64,000 nt of DNA from Octopus bimaculoides. Its lineage: Eukaryota. The position numbers and the translations under genes were made by a program. The DNA lies in contig NC_068995.1 in NCBI RefSeq assembly GCF_001194135.2, positions 56,521,860-56,585,859 on the forward strand. The letters are read 5' to 3'. Below, piece by piece: positions 37,938-51,936 of this stretch (position 1 is its first letter; every line of letters begins with the position of its first letter). Below the pieces are notes generated by a model. It was not told the origin of the DNA. It searched no databases and worked only from the letters and a program-made list of their open reading frames with translations.

Positions 37938-39271
37938 CAAATAAAAATTCAATACCAAATCCATTTCCTGTTAATTAATATTATATACATATTTATAATA
38001 TGCAAGCACATGGGTCTGTGTTCTATTTTGTGCCCTTTCTTGTCTGTCCTGTTCATTATTTGATAATATGTGTTGGTTTCTTTATGTCCCCATAACTTAG
38101 CTGGTCAGCAAATGACAAAAATAAAACATATAAAGAATTGGAGTAGATTTACTCAACTACTTTTCAAAGCATTTCCCCAGAATGGCTGCAGTCCAATGAC
38201 AGTGCGGCCAGTAAAAGAGTAAATGCCTTAGCCATAGCTTACTATATTAACTACCATCTCTATCTCTCTTTCTCTCGCTCTCTGTTCCTTTCTCTCTCTC
38301 TCTCTCTCTTCATTCCTTTCTCTCTCTCACTCACGTACACACACAGCTGTACATGTAGACCACACAGAAATAAAATGAATTAATTTAAAAATAAATATAT
38401 AGCATATCCAGTGAAATATCCTTGCTAAATGCATTGCAAAAGACTGCATGCTTCATAAACAAATAAGAAGACAAAAACAATTAAGTTGTTAATGGTAGAC
38501 GAAAGTTAAAAAGACAAATCAAATGAATGGAAACTTCACGGCAAGCTTTAAGGTATGTGGAAAGTGAGCATTTAGTGGAGAGATTAACACGAAAGAGGAG
38601 GCATGTGGCATGTATCTGCAGTTTTAATCAGTTTCTATTGATAATAAGATAAGAAAGGGTTTGTGTTTGGTGTGAGTTTAAGAAATAGGATCTTGAGGGT
38701 CGTGCAGTTTCATTCTGACCCAAACAACACCAAAAGGTACGGAAAAAAAACAAACAAGCTAAGTCCTTTGTTGTGTATAACACGTGGCTACAATAACAAC
38801 AACAAAAGCAGCCCTAGTAACAAGACAACATCAGCAGCAACAACAACAGCAACATAAAATTAGAGACTTGTTTGCAGCAAAGATTTGGAGATTCTTTTTT
38901 TTTTTACATTCTTTTTTAAGAAAACAGTTTTTATTGCAGGACTCTCTTCTTTCATTCAACACTTTTAACGGAAGTGATGCTTGTTACTATAATTCTTGCC
39001 AGCTTCCTATTCTTACTTTAGTTTCAGAGAATATATATATATATATANNNNNNNNNNNNNNNNNNNNNNNNNNNNNNNNNNNNNNNNNNNNNNNNNNNNN
39101 NNNNNNNNNNNNNNNNNNNNNNNNNNNNNNNNNNNNNNNNNNNNNNNNNNNNNNNNNNNNNNNNNNNNNNNNNNNNNNNNNNNNNNNNNNNNNNNNNNNN
39201 NNNNNNNNNNNNNTATATATATATATATCATCATCATCATCATTTAACGTCCATCTTCCATGCTAGCATGG

Positions 39272-39309
<38 letters not shown>

Positions 39310-40367
39310 CACTTTGCATCTCATATTTCTAATCGTAATAAGAACAATGTTAAAACAACAGCAACAACAAGAAATAAAAAAAGGAGGGGAAGAGGAGGAG
39401 GATGAAGAAAAAACAGGCATATTTTTGAAAGATTTGTGGTTTTATGAAGAGATGATTACAGGAATATTTCTTTGAAAAAGGAGCTTGAAGAATGGACAGG
39501 ATAAGAGAGACATAGAGTAAAAAGAAGATTATAAGTTTAAATAGAATGTAAGAGGTAGATGTGAACAGGAAGTGAAAACAATAAAATGAAACAGCCAGAG
39601 AAGAAAAGGAGAGATATGTACAAAAGAAATGAATTATAATTTGGAAAAAAACCCTCAAAAAGATAAAAAAAAAAAAAGAAAAAGAACTTTGAATAAGTAA
39701 TAAAATAAAATGACAAGAGAGAAATAATACTGAGAGAAGAGAGATGAGCCAAAAGGAAAAGGGGATGGAGGACACAGGAGAGGACTATGTGTATGTATGT
39801 GTGTGTGTGTTGTTTTATTGTTTACACCCACACACACACACACACATATATATACATATATAAACAATAAAAGTAGTGGTGAAACAAAGAAGAGAAGAGG
39901 CTGGGTTAGTAAGACAAAAATATAATGATGATGATGATGATGACAACAACAATATTAACAACAACATAGGAAAATGTAAAAATGTAGATAAATGAGGAAT
40001 AATGAGTGAAACTTGAAGGTTTGAATGATAAAAGAAAGGAAAATTACAACCCAAAAAAATATAGGAGGAAGAATTAAATTAAAAAAGATGAATGAAAACG
40101 GTGAAGAGAAAAGGAAAGTGTTTCTGAGAGATTAAGTGTGCAAAGGAATAAATAAAATAAGAGGATGAAATACAGTAAAGAAGAAAGAGATATAAATATA
40201 GGAATCATTTCATTTAATATCTTTTCTTTAGTATGAAAAAGATATTATAAAAATATACAGAATAAAATAAAGTGTATTATCCCCGCCACCATCTGCATTG
40301 GTCTGCTTCGGATCATCCTCATCATCATTTAAGGCTTACTTTTCAAAGCTTGCATGAATCAGACGGA

Positions 40368-40406
<39 letters not shown>

Positions 40407-40489
40407 AACATATATATTCTGTATATTAAGGCTACCATTGTTTTCATATTGAGAAACTTCTCAACAATTATTCAAATCAATCAAGCCAA

Positions 40490-40640
40490 TGGTTGGCGTT
40501 AGGAAGAGCATCAAGCCATAGAGACCTTGCCAAATTAGACTGGAACCTTGTACAGCACCCCAGCTTACCAGTTTCCCGTCAACCCATCCAACCCATGCCA
40601 GCATGGAAAGTAGACATTAAATGATGATGATGAAGATGAA
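40490..40640 (+). mobile_element. RTE family B 3' end with (GAT)n tail
   Basis: GGTTGGCGTTAGGAAGAGCATC...CCAACCCATGCCAGCATGGAAAGTAGACATTAAATGATGATG. Confidence 0.7.
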
Positions 40641-40964
40641 CCACATAGAAAAACCGGTGTTCGTCCCCAGTTTTCCATGTGATTGACTTGAATAATTAAG
40701 ATATTTGCTTAACATGAAACCAATGGTAGCCTTTATACACAAATAGTGTATATATGTGTGTATTTCACTGAGAGGTGATTAGTATTTCATTGAGTCTTGT
40801 TAATTTAAAAGCCAATTAAGCAATCAAGAGTTGTGATGGTGCTTTGGTGAAGTGGTCAGCAAAGTTATAGGATTTACAGCAGACACAGAGTTCAAATCCT
40901 AGAGGTGAAGTTATAACATTTTTTTTCCAATGCTTTAATGATTCTGCTAGTACACTTAATAATT

Positions 40965-41115
40965 TTTTCTGACACAGATACAAGGCCTGAAATTTGGGGA
41001 AGTGGGTCATTTGATTAATCTGCCAAAGCACCGGAATGATACTTTATTTTATTGATCCGAGGAGATAAAAGGTAAAGTTGACCTTGGCAGAATGTGAACT
41101 CAAAATGTAGAGAGT
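40965..41115 (-). mobile_element. SINE family C, partial
   Basis: Reverse complement of the central domain (GATAAAAGGTAAAGTTGACCTTGGCAGAATGTGAACTCA). Confidence 0.6.
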
Positions 41116-41269
41116 TGGAATATTCATTGGAACTAACGGGAAGAAATCATGGGACATTTTCCAGCTAAATATCAACAGTTGCCAGCTATAATACAGGTGC
41201 ATCTGCTACACCCTCCCCTCACACACATGTATATAAATAAAAATGTATATATGTTTATAAATGTGTGTG

Positions 41270-41327
<58 letters not shown>

Positions 41328-42238
41328 CATACATAAACATATATATAAATATATATATATATACATAAATACACACCCACAAATATATATACATACAGAT
41401 ACATAAGCACAAACATAGACATGTAGGCATGTCTGTGTACATGGATGTATAAACCTGTTTGAACATGTCTGTGTCTATGTGTCTATAGTAAGGTATCTCT
41501 ATATGCATGTGCATTATTCAGCCTGAGATTACAATTTCATATTTCCAAGCAGACATATTATTATCAACATGAAATGAGAAATCAAAAGAATATTGTTAAG
41601 CCAGTCACAAATTCCATTAAATTTTTTCTTTTGCCCTGTTTATCTTTTAATGCTCATCATTATCAACCTCATCCTCTTTGTTGTCATGTATAAGCATTGA
41701 GGTTTACTTTTTCTATAATAAAAATATATGAATCACATCATTGATCTGTCCAGTTGTAGAATTCCAAGTTTAGGAACATATCAGATGAGTTTGTTTTAGA
41801 AACATTTTAGCATTTTTCAAAATGATTCCTTTCTCCTAAATATTCAGTTTCTGGTACACAGTGTGTGCCATTGAGCAACGTTCTAAGCATTTTATATGCA
41901 AAGACAGATTCCACCTTCAATGAATCCTACTGGTGATTCTAAAGTCTTAGATTCTAAGCAAGTAATTCTGATTCAACAAGTTCTATTGTAGAACGAGCTG
42001 ATGTAGCCCTTGGCATGTATATTTCCAAGTTTAAATTCAAGATAATATTTTGGTCAGAATCTCTGGATTTTCTTGGTTCAGTGTTTAGTTGGAATACATA
42101 CATTTCTGAATACTAAATTAAGAATAGATTTGAGTGGGGCAGGGTCGGGGGGAATGTCATTAGGTTGTATGGTATAGTTGTTCAGTTCTTTTCTTGTTAC
42201 AACAAAGGAAAGAATGAGAAAAATAATGATTTCTTTTT

Positions 42239-42284
<46 letters not shown>

Positions 42285-42805
42285 TAATAATGATAATAAT
42301 AATAATAATAATAATGTTTTTCTTAGAGATATGCAGAAATTTACTTATCACACCTGGGTTTCTTAAGATATTTATGAATTCTTTTTTTTTTTGCCTGTGG
42401 GTCATCCATTAAGCTCTTTATTCATAGATTAGATAAGTTTAAAGAGAAATATCTACTTACTGCTCACACTTGTATGATAAATATAACTGGTCACCTGACT
42501 TTGCAGGAACAGAGGTATCCATCACAGGCAAACTTTCCCAACTGATTTCATTGTGGTTCAGAAGTTTACTTCACAACCATTTGGTTTCAGGTTCAAATGT
42601 ATTATGTGTCACCTTGAGCAAGTGTCTTCCACTCTGGCCCTGGACTGACCGAAATCTTCTGAATGGATTTGATAAATGAAACCTGAAAGAAGCTTAATGT
42701 CTCTCTTTCTCTGCATACATACATGCATCAAATATACGCATACACATAACAGAAATATATTATATAATATATATATATATATATGTATATGTATATGTAC
42801 GTATG

Positions 42806-42850
<45 letters not shown>

Positions 42851-42853
<3 letters not shown>

Positions 42854-42960
42854 GGTCATCCCATAAATAATGTGTTTTTTTAATACTTCTTTTATTTTTC
42901 AAAATTAAGATAAACAAAGTTCTTTTTTAATCTAAAATATACTGTCCTCCATTTTTTACT
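42851..42960 (-). mobile_element. second mariner 3' end (TIR plus last codons), same family as 14041
   Basis: TGGGGTCATCCCATAAATAATG...AAAATTAAGATAAACAAAGTTC is nearly identical to 14041-14120; minus translation VKNGGQYILD*; abuts a (TA)n run. Confidence 0.8.
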
Positions 42961-43689
42961 GGTGGCAGTGGTGAGGCTAGGTGTTGTAATAGTAATAATG
43001 TAGCAACAGTACTAGTAGTGGCAGTGGTAGCAGTGTTACACACACACTCACACACAAATATAACAGGCTTCACAAGGCTTTTGTCAAGCTGGGGCTACAG
43101 TAGAAAACACTTGCCCAATGTGCCCCACAGTGGGAGTGAACCTGAAACCACATGATTGCCAAGTAAGCTTGCTAACCACACAGCTATACCCATACAACTA
43201 TGTATGTCCCAATATATAACCCCAGGACAATAAATCAGTTTATTTGTATAAAACATTTCCTGTATATTTAATGTAAGCTGTTTGTCAGGTTTCTGAGTGC
43301 TTTCTTATTTATGACCAGATCAACTCCTAAGCAAACAGATACACTATAAAAGAGATTCCAGCTGTGACGATTTGACCTTGTTTTCAGGGACAGTATATCT
43401 AGGAGTACATCGTGTAATGTGTCATCACATTTAAGATAGTTAAGTCTGATTCAAGGGACATTTGGCTCCTTTGTTTCTGGCAGGGTGAGCTATCACATAG
43501 AGATTACCTGATTCACCTTTGAAATGCTTTTCTCAACAAACGATCATAAACAGTGTTACTTTCCTTGAACAAATAGACATGTTGGTGAGTTGCTGGAGGG
43601 ATTCTGCCCTCTGCTTTCCTATATTATGCAAATAAGTAAAAGTATTAACTGGAAGGAACTTGTATCCTTCCAAAACAGTTTATTAGGTG

Positions 43690-43965
43690 CGAGTACAGCT
43701 GCGTGGTTAAGAGGTTGACTTTGCAACCACATGGCTTTAAGTTCAGTCCCACTGCATGGCACCTAGGCCAAGTGTCTTCCACTATAGCCCCAGGCTGAGC
43801 AATGCCTTGTAAGTGAATTTGGTTGACAGAACTAAGGTGTAAGCTCATCTTTTAAATATATATACCTATGTGTGAGTGTGTGTCTTTGTGTCTGTGTTTG
43901 TCCCATCCACCACTTGACACCTGGTGTTGGTTCGTTTACATTCCTGTAACTTAGTGGTTTGGCAA
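43690..43965 (+). mobile_element. SINE family A, 3'-interrupted by family D
   Basis: Head and B-box GTTCAGTCCC, body and short (TG) centre; the 3' half stops at TTAGTGGTTTGGCAA where family D begins. Confidence 0.7.
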
Positions 43966-43967
43966 TA

Positions 43968-44525
43968 GGGCGGTGGCTCTCATGGCTTCTGATTTTAACT
44001 GATTGGAAGTGTTAACATGTACATGTTTTGTCTTGGTATAAAAAGACGGGCTACAGCAAATATTCTACTCATTACCACAGATTTGCTTATCAGTTGCTTG
44101 ACCATAACCAGCTGAGCATGTCCCTTGGTGGCTGACGATATGTGCATCTCTGATCATGACCAAAAGTACTGGGGGAGAATCATAGCCATGTGTTGAGAGG
44201 AATTCTTTTGGGTCTGAATAATTCACCTCTGGAAACGTGGGTGTTTCGTTTAACATCCATAAACAATCCTTATTCAGGGACCTTTTGAGTGAGACAGGCT
44301 ACTCAACTTGAAGAAAATTCTAACTGGGCCCCACCTGCAAGGTCATGCACTGTTTATCTTGATATGTCACCATGTTGTGTACATATGTTTGTGATGCATG
44401 TACCTGATGTAACCCTTATCAGGTGGGTAGTGATGATGGGTTTATTGGGTTTTGTATATTTGCACCCCCAGTGTCACTCTGATGGCAAGCACTGCTCTCT
44501 CATTCAACGACAACAACAACAATAA
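43968..44525 (+). mobile_element. unclassified interspersed repeat, family D, copy 2
   Basis: Colinear with 35595-36102, plus a ~22-bp segment absent from copy 1; (CAA/AAT)n tail. Confidence 0.8.
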
Positions 44526-44784
44526 TTTCTGGATGTTTTTTCAAGTTAAATACAAATAATTCATTGCATTTGATCTAATTGTTCAATTGGGTTCATATTG
44601 AGATGTTTTAACAATTACTAATGAAACAATAAAAAATAACTATTCCTACAACAACAATAAAAACAACAATATGAACAAGAACATCATTAAGGTCATCAAA
44701 ACCACCACCATTACCATCATCATCATCATCTACAAGAGAATCAAAGGTAACAAACACAAGTAAATACTTACACACATATATATA

Positions 44785-44835
<51 letters not shown>

Positions 44836-45661
44836 AAACATAATGGTAAATACACATACACACATGCTTGTGTGTGTGTGTAAGAGAAATTTCTGTTTGG
44901 GTTGGGCTTTTCTTGAATATCTGCCTAAATGACTTGACAGGAATGAAATCACTTGACCTTTCCTGAGAGAGGTCACATTCAAATTGACAAGTGAATTGTA
45001 AGCACTTGTAGTCTAAGTATTGAATTGACATTGACTTGCTTTAAAAGAAACAGACTGAGACACCCAGGGAAGACTGACCAACCAACCTTTCAAAGCACAA
45101 CAACACAATTACAACTTTTATAATTAGTTCCTTTCATGGAAATTGTCATTTTCTCATAAAGACTGAGGCATAATGGGAAATTTGTCCAATTTCAGTATTA
45201 CCACCAGACTAATGTTTGAGGCAGTCTGTGACAAGAGGGTAGAAGTGGTGGTGGCGTTTGATAAAATAAGTGATTGTAGAGGCTTTTCTTTTCTTTGCCT
45301 TCCTTTTCTCTCTCTCTCTCGCTCTCTCTCTTTTTTTAAAGACAGAGTCAAACTGCTAAAGGATCAGGATTTCCCTGTTTCCCTGTCAGGAGAAAGGAAG
45401 AAGGTTGGTTATGTTCTTGGGGATTTCTTCATACACTATTAAGACATATATCACTAGGATTAATAAATCATTGTTGCTAACACATAACACCATGGCTAGT
45501 ATGTGTGTGTGTGTGTGTGTGTGTGTGCTTATATTCTTAGTACATGTATCACTGTTTCTAACACATAAGACAAGTATGCTTGTCACAGATACATTGGACC
45601 AATTAATGCACCCACATTCATTCTATGCATGCGTGTACATATGTATATATATATATATATA

Positions 45662-46728
45662 TATCTCATTCCAGGGTGAAAAACTAGAGGTAGTTCTATC
45701 TCCTNNNNNNNNNNNNNNNNNNNNNNNNNNNNNNNNNNNNNNNNNNNNNNNNNNNNNNNNNNNNNNNNNNNNNNNNNNNNNNNNNNNNNNNNNNNNNNNN
45801 NNNNNNNNNNNNNNNNNNNNNNNNNNNNNNNNNNNNNNNNNNNNNNNNNNNNNNNNNNNNNNNNNNNNNNNNNNNNNNNNNNNNNNNNNNNNNNNNNNNN
45901 NNNNNNNNNNNNNNNNNNNNNNNNNNNNNNNNNNNNNNNNNNNNNNNNNNNNNNNNNNNNNNNNNNNNNNNNNNNNNNNNNNNNNNNNNNNNNNNNNNNN
46001 NNNNNNNNNNNNNNNNNNNNNNNNNNNNNNNNNNNNNNNNNNNNNNNNNNNNNNNNNNNNNNNNNNNNNNNNNNNNNNNNNNNNNNNNNNNNNNNNNNNN
46101 NNNNNNNNNNNNNNNNNNNNNNNNNNNNNNNNNNNNNNNNNNNNNNNNNNNNNNNNNNNNNNNNNNNNNNNNNNNNNNNNNNNNNNNNNNNNNNNNNNNN
46201 NNNNNNNNNNNNNNNNNNNNNNNNNNNNNNNNNNNNNNNNNNNNNNNNNNNNNNNNNNNNNNNNNNNNNNNNNNNNNNNNNNNNNNNNNNNNNNNNNNNN
46301 NNNNNNNNNNNNNNNNNNNNNNNNNNNNNNNNNNNNNNNNNNNNNNNNNNNNNNNNNNNNNNNNNNNNNNNNNNNNNNNNNNNNNNNNNNNNNNNNNNNN
46401 NNNNNNNNNNNNNNNNNNNNNNNNNNNNNNNNNNNNNNNNNNNNNNNNNNNNNNNNNNNNNNNNNNNNNNNNNNNNNNNNNNNNNNNNNNNNNNNNNNNN
46501 NNNNNNNNATTTCGAGCGTGGCCGTTTTCGTGCGGGTGACACGTAAAAGCACCCACTACACTCTCTGAGTGGTTGGCGTTAGGAAGGGCATCCAGCTGTA
46601 GAAACTCTGCCAAATCAGACTGGAGCCTGGTGTTGCCATCCGGTTTCACCAGTCCTCAGTCAAATCGTCCAACCCATGCTAGCATGGAAAGCGGACGTTA
46701 AACGATGATGATGATGATGATGATGATA
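45662..46728 (+). mobile_element. young 5'-truncated RTE LINE (family B), mostly hidden in an 804-N gap
   Basis: Left edge translates ISFQGEKLEVV, like the RTE RT-end motif preceding xxFxYLG. Right side 46509-46728 is a CpG-rich family B 3' UTR with a pure (GAT)7-8 tail. Both ends sit in (TA)n. Continuity across the gap is inferred. Confidence 0.6.
45705..46508. other. assembly gap (largest of 12; others at 2630-2779, 5946-5955, 9781-10295, 13601-13988, 14563-14927, 21276-21324, 37277-37429, 39048-39213, 55049-55721, 59817-59916, 63618-63627)
   Basis: Runs of N, most bordered by (TA)n or (GA)n. Confidence 0.95.
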
Positions 46729-46761
46729 TATATATATATATATACACACACAAATATATAT

Positions 46762-46894
46762 GTGCAGAGGTGGCTGCGCAATAAAAAGCTTGCTTCCCAA
46801 CCACATGGTTCCTAGTTCAGTCCTACTACTATAGCCTCAGGCTAACCAACACCTTGTGAGTAGATTTGGTAGACAGACATTGAAAGGAACCTGT

Positions 46895-46905
<11 letters not shown>
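46762..46905 (+). mobile_element. SINE family A 5' half, internally deleted
   Basis: GTGGCTGCGCAATAAAAAGCTTGCTTCCCAACCACATGGTTCCTAGTTCAGTCC...GTGAGTAGATTTGGTAGAC. Confidence 0.65.
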
Positions 46906-46948
<43 letters not shown>

Positions 46949-49773
46949 ACTACTGTTGACAACATTTATAATGTGTATATAAAGTTGGAACAGCACAAGC
47001 TGCAATATTTTGTCACAAGTAAACATCTCAAAGACAGTTGTGTATCAAAAACAAAGCTTTATTCAGAACATCAGTGGATGCCCAAATATGGTGTTTGACC
47101 TGATTTGACCTCCTCAGTGATGGATATCTCAGAAGTTTTAAGGTAAGTTGAAAATATGCATTCTGATATAGAACGCAGTAAACAAAATATTTACTGATTT
47201 GTGTGGAAGCAAGCCAAACCTGAATTCAATAAATATATGCACTTAAAAGAGCCTTAGGTTAAAATAAATTTATATGAAGGGCATCCAGTCATAGAGACAA
47301 ATCTAAAGCAGGCATGAGAGCTTGGTGGAATCCTCTGGCTCCTCTGGCTCCTATCAAATCATTCAATGATGATGATGATAGATATAGAGACCGATAGAAA
47401 GTTAAATTAATAGCATAGTTGATGTCACCTTTTTGTAGTGACTCTTTTATACTTTAGCATAGAGAAAATTCTCAATTCTAGTTAAACATTAATTCATTTT
47501 GAGTAAAATATATAAATATTGCCAGTAGTGTAAGCCAAGCAAAATCTAAACAATGCGGCATTAGTTGTTTATCGATGCCAACTATGTCAAACATCAGATT
47601 AAAAAATGGTAGCTAGACTCAGGTCTACCAGTTGTTGCTTGTTAGGCCTAAAATGTCACCTAATTTAACACAACCATCTGACCGGTGGATACCTTTAGTG
47701 AGGAGCGCCTTTAGCAGAGAGCACACTGTTGTAAGTCATCAGACCAGGATTCAGTAACACTGAAAAGGGCTCAGGGGGCCACCCTTTTGACAAACCAATT
47801 AAAAACAAGTTTAGTGGTACAATGATTTATGTCCTTGTGGTAATGTGTCTTTAGTAAATGCTAGAACCTGGTAGGAAAGTTTGGGTCCCTTAACTGTTAG
47901 AACCAGCTTACAAAAGAAAAAATAAAAGCTTATATAATCCCTTATTTTAACAATCCTCTACTTCCAGCACATTTTGTCACAGGCTGCATCTTTGTATTAT
48001 TGAGACTGGATAAATTTTCCATTATGCTTCAGTCTTTATGAGAACATGATAATTCTCATGAAAGGAACTAATTATAAAAGTTGCATGTCTATAAAGTGAT
48101 ATTTCAATATGAAGTTCCAGTGCACTTTAATATTTACAATGATATAGGATTCTTCAAATAGTTGCATTCTGTAATCACATTCTTCATATAGTCATATTAG
48201 ACTAGCAAGCTCGCTTGCTATGCTGCACTGAGGAAACATTAATGGAATTGATTTGTTTCTAGCTGAGCTGAAAATGGCAAATGAAGTGATACCCAGAACA
48301 ATTTGCAATACATAGTTCTATGCATGTAGTTTGTCAAAGGTGTCTTTTGGACTCTGGGAAGAGTGAAATGTCACCTTTCAGCAGGTAAATTAACATCCCA
48401 GTGCTGTGGCATGTATTGTGTGATTACCATATTTTGTACAACTGACCACAGTCAAATGGACAGAAATAAATAATAAATAAACAACATCATCCACCAATGA
48501 TGTAACAGAAGTAATGTAACCAAGGACAGACAATAAAGGAAATAATACATTATATGTGTGTGTGTGTGTGTGGGGGGGGGTTTACTTATTTACTCCTTAA
48601 GCAGAACATTAAAGTGGAAGTGTGCTGGGCCCATGGTAAAGAGTTTGTACAGTGAAGAAATGGACTCTATTTTATATATTTATTATACACCAAGACTTGG
48701 TTGTCTACAAATATACCAACCATGTACATGTATATAACTGCAGTGATAGGTATAAATCCTATGATGCAATAGAAATTTATTATTATTACCTTGACTTTCT
48801 TATCCTTTCCACTTGTGACCCAATGGAAAATCCAGAATGTGATGGCAAGAGTAACAGCACACTAAACCGGTTCCTCTTTTAGCTGCACAGGTTGGATCAA
48901 TGTGAAATGAAATGCCTTGCTCAAGGACTGAAGAGGAGCCAACTGGTGGGACACATCCTTTCACTATGAAATATATATGTTGTGTGTGTGCACAGATCCT
49001 TGTCTCGACAAAGTGCAACAACTGTAAACGAGTGTCACCATCATACAAGCAGTGTTGTTCTTCTCCAATCTTCTATGGAAATAATGTCTGGACAATAGGG
49101 AAATATTACTTTGTGTGGAAACGGCAAGGTTAGTGACAGGAAGAGCATCCATCCATAGAAAATCAGCTTCATTGACTTCTGCCTGACCAATGCAAGCAAG
49201 GAGGAGAGCACATTGAAAGAGAAGGAAGGCAGACGGGATGGATAGTTATTTATATCATCATACATACGACAGAACTACCATGTTTCCTCGTGTTTAAGTT
49301 GCACTGTTTTATACATGATTTTAACTGATAAAACTGCAGCGTCACTGATACACAAGGCAAAGCTAAAACTATGGAGGGGAACAATTTCAGACTGATATTT
49401 AACAGTAAACTGAAGGGGTTATTCAACCACAGGAGTTAATGCATCGTATGAAACACATGTAAACATACTTTTTATACACTACCTGAGTATTTTCAGTAGA
49501 GTTTTACATATATTAACGAGTGTTTTAATGTTTCACTATATTATCTACAATAAGTATCCGAGGGTAAAAAACAAAGATAGATGCTTGTACATAAAAGACA
49601 TAAATTGTAAATATATACACACTCTTTGTGTATATTAAAAGACAGTTTACACTTATATGCACATAGGCATCTATCTACAGATGTGTCTGTCTGTTTGTGT
49701 CTCTCCACATACATTGATATATATATATATATACACACACATATATATATATACACATATATATATATATACA

Positions 49774-49804
<31 letters not shown>

Positions 49805-49841
49805 TGCTCACACATAAGCCTACACACACATACATACATAA

Positions 49842-49897
<56 letters not shown>

Positions 49898-50937
49898 ATA
49901 TATGTATATATATAAAGATATATATATATATATACATACATACATACAGATATATCTGTATATATATAAATATGAATTGCTTTTTAATAATCATACATTG
50001 ATTATTGATTAATTTAAAACATAATTGCATATATAAACAGTAAATTACAATGTGAATGAATTTGATCTGGAGTATCTTAAGACGCTCTATTCTCTTTAAT
50101 ATTCCAATAATTACAGAGTATATAACTTCAAAACAATGTTGCAGTATTTAATATAAAACTAAAATAACTCATATTCTAATATGATTAATAAAATATTTCC
50201 AAACTAAATTTATATTTCATTACACCAGACATTTTATTTGGTTAGGTAATATTGCATTTACAATTTTATAGCCTGAAACAGAAATAAACCCTCTTTTTTG
50301 CTTTTTTGTCTTAAAATTACCATTTTTGATAGGAAGGTGTGAGGGAAATTACTGGAGTTTGCTTAAATGGTAAACTCCATGCTCGGAATTTCTTCAGGAT
50401 GTGAAGCAAAATATAGAAGATTATTTTGGAAATGAATAGCAGCGTATGCAGGATTGTAGTAAATCTAGCAATTGTTTCTAGCAATTGTCTGTGGTTGTGT
50501 TTTTGTGTGGCTCATGTATTTCTCAACTTTTGTCAATTATTTTAAATATAAAGAAACACAGAAAAATCAATGAACAATACTTTGAAGAAACATACATAAA
50601 TTGTTTGGTTGTTTTATAGTAATTATTTATAGTTTTATAATAATTATTTATGGTAAAAATAATTGTTGTATAAATTAATTTAATATGTGAAGAATCCTCA
50701 GATGATAAATATTCAGTTTTATAGTTAATTACTTGTGGAGAACTTTATCAAAAGGAACTGCACAACTCTACTCCACTCTGTATTTAGCTCACTAAACAAC
50801 CTGCTTCTGCTTGCCCTGAAATACAGACACACTGAAAGCACCATCATGGCTCAGCTAACTAAATGACTCATAAGCATTTTAATGGAATTCATACCTAGTT
50901 AGAATACCATAGCAGCTGTTTGCCTTTGGTGTGTGTG

Positions 50938-51019
<82 letters not shown>

Positions 51020-51847
51020 ACATTGCTAATTGGATGTGTGGTTAAGAAGCTCACTTTGCAACCACATGACTTCAGGTTCAGTCCCACGGTGTAGCCCCAA
51101 GGTCAAGTGTTTTCTACTACAGCGCTGAGTCAACCAATCGCTTTTGAGTGAATATGGTAGATGGAGACTGTGTGGAAACTGTCTTATATAAATGTGGGTG
51201 TTTGTCCTGCCAACACTTGACCCATGGTGATGGTTTGATGACCTCAGTGGGATTTGAACTCAGAACATAAACAGCAGGAATAAATACCACAGAGCATTTT
51301 GTCAGATGACTGTGTCAGCTCACCACTTTATTGGATTCTAATGGAATGTATTAATACAGATTCCTTGAAAACAGGGAGTTTGTATCACAGAATAAAGTGC
51401 ACACTCTCATGTAAGTCAGTACAAAAAGGGTTGAACACCAGCAACCAAAGAATGATTTTCTTCTTTTGTTTGGTAGATCAACCAAACATACATGACTGTG
51501 TTGGTCACGTGACATAAACTAGAAAGAAGGAAAAGTAAAATAAAATCCTCAAGCAGAAAGAGGAAATGGAAAAGGTAAAAAAATCCAATTCTAATATTTG
51601 GTAGTTTGACAAAAAGAAGGCGAAAAAATATATACGGGAGCAAATGAAGGGGAGTAGTCTATCAAAGCAGGATCACAACTTGCGAGGTCTTATTTGTTTG
51701 AGCAGCAGCTGTTACAAACACGGATTTAGGACAAAAACATTTCCTTAAACATACAAAGACTGAGTATAATTGGAAGACTTCATTTACATTTGTTTCAGAC
51801 TTAATCACAAGAACAGGCAACAACAAGCTTTTTGTAATAGGAACATA

Positions 51848-51936
<89 letters not shown>

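Larger units (their letters stand above)
37731..37984. repeat. inverted repeat (~90-95 bp arms, ~68 bp spacer), probable Penelope-like element pLTR remnant
   Basis: Left arm 37731-37821 and right arm 37890-37984 share CAATACCAAATC..T..CTGTTAATTAATATTAT and the hammerhead block GATGTACCTGA.G.GACCCAG..ATGGGTCGAA. Confidence 0.75.

Noticed and set aside
42136-42152. G-rich run GGGGCAGGGTCGGGGGG as a G-quadruplex
   Set aside because: Only three separated G-runs; not a canonical four-tract motif.
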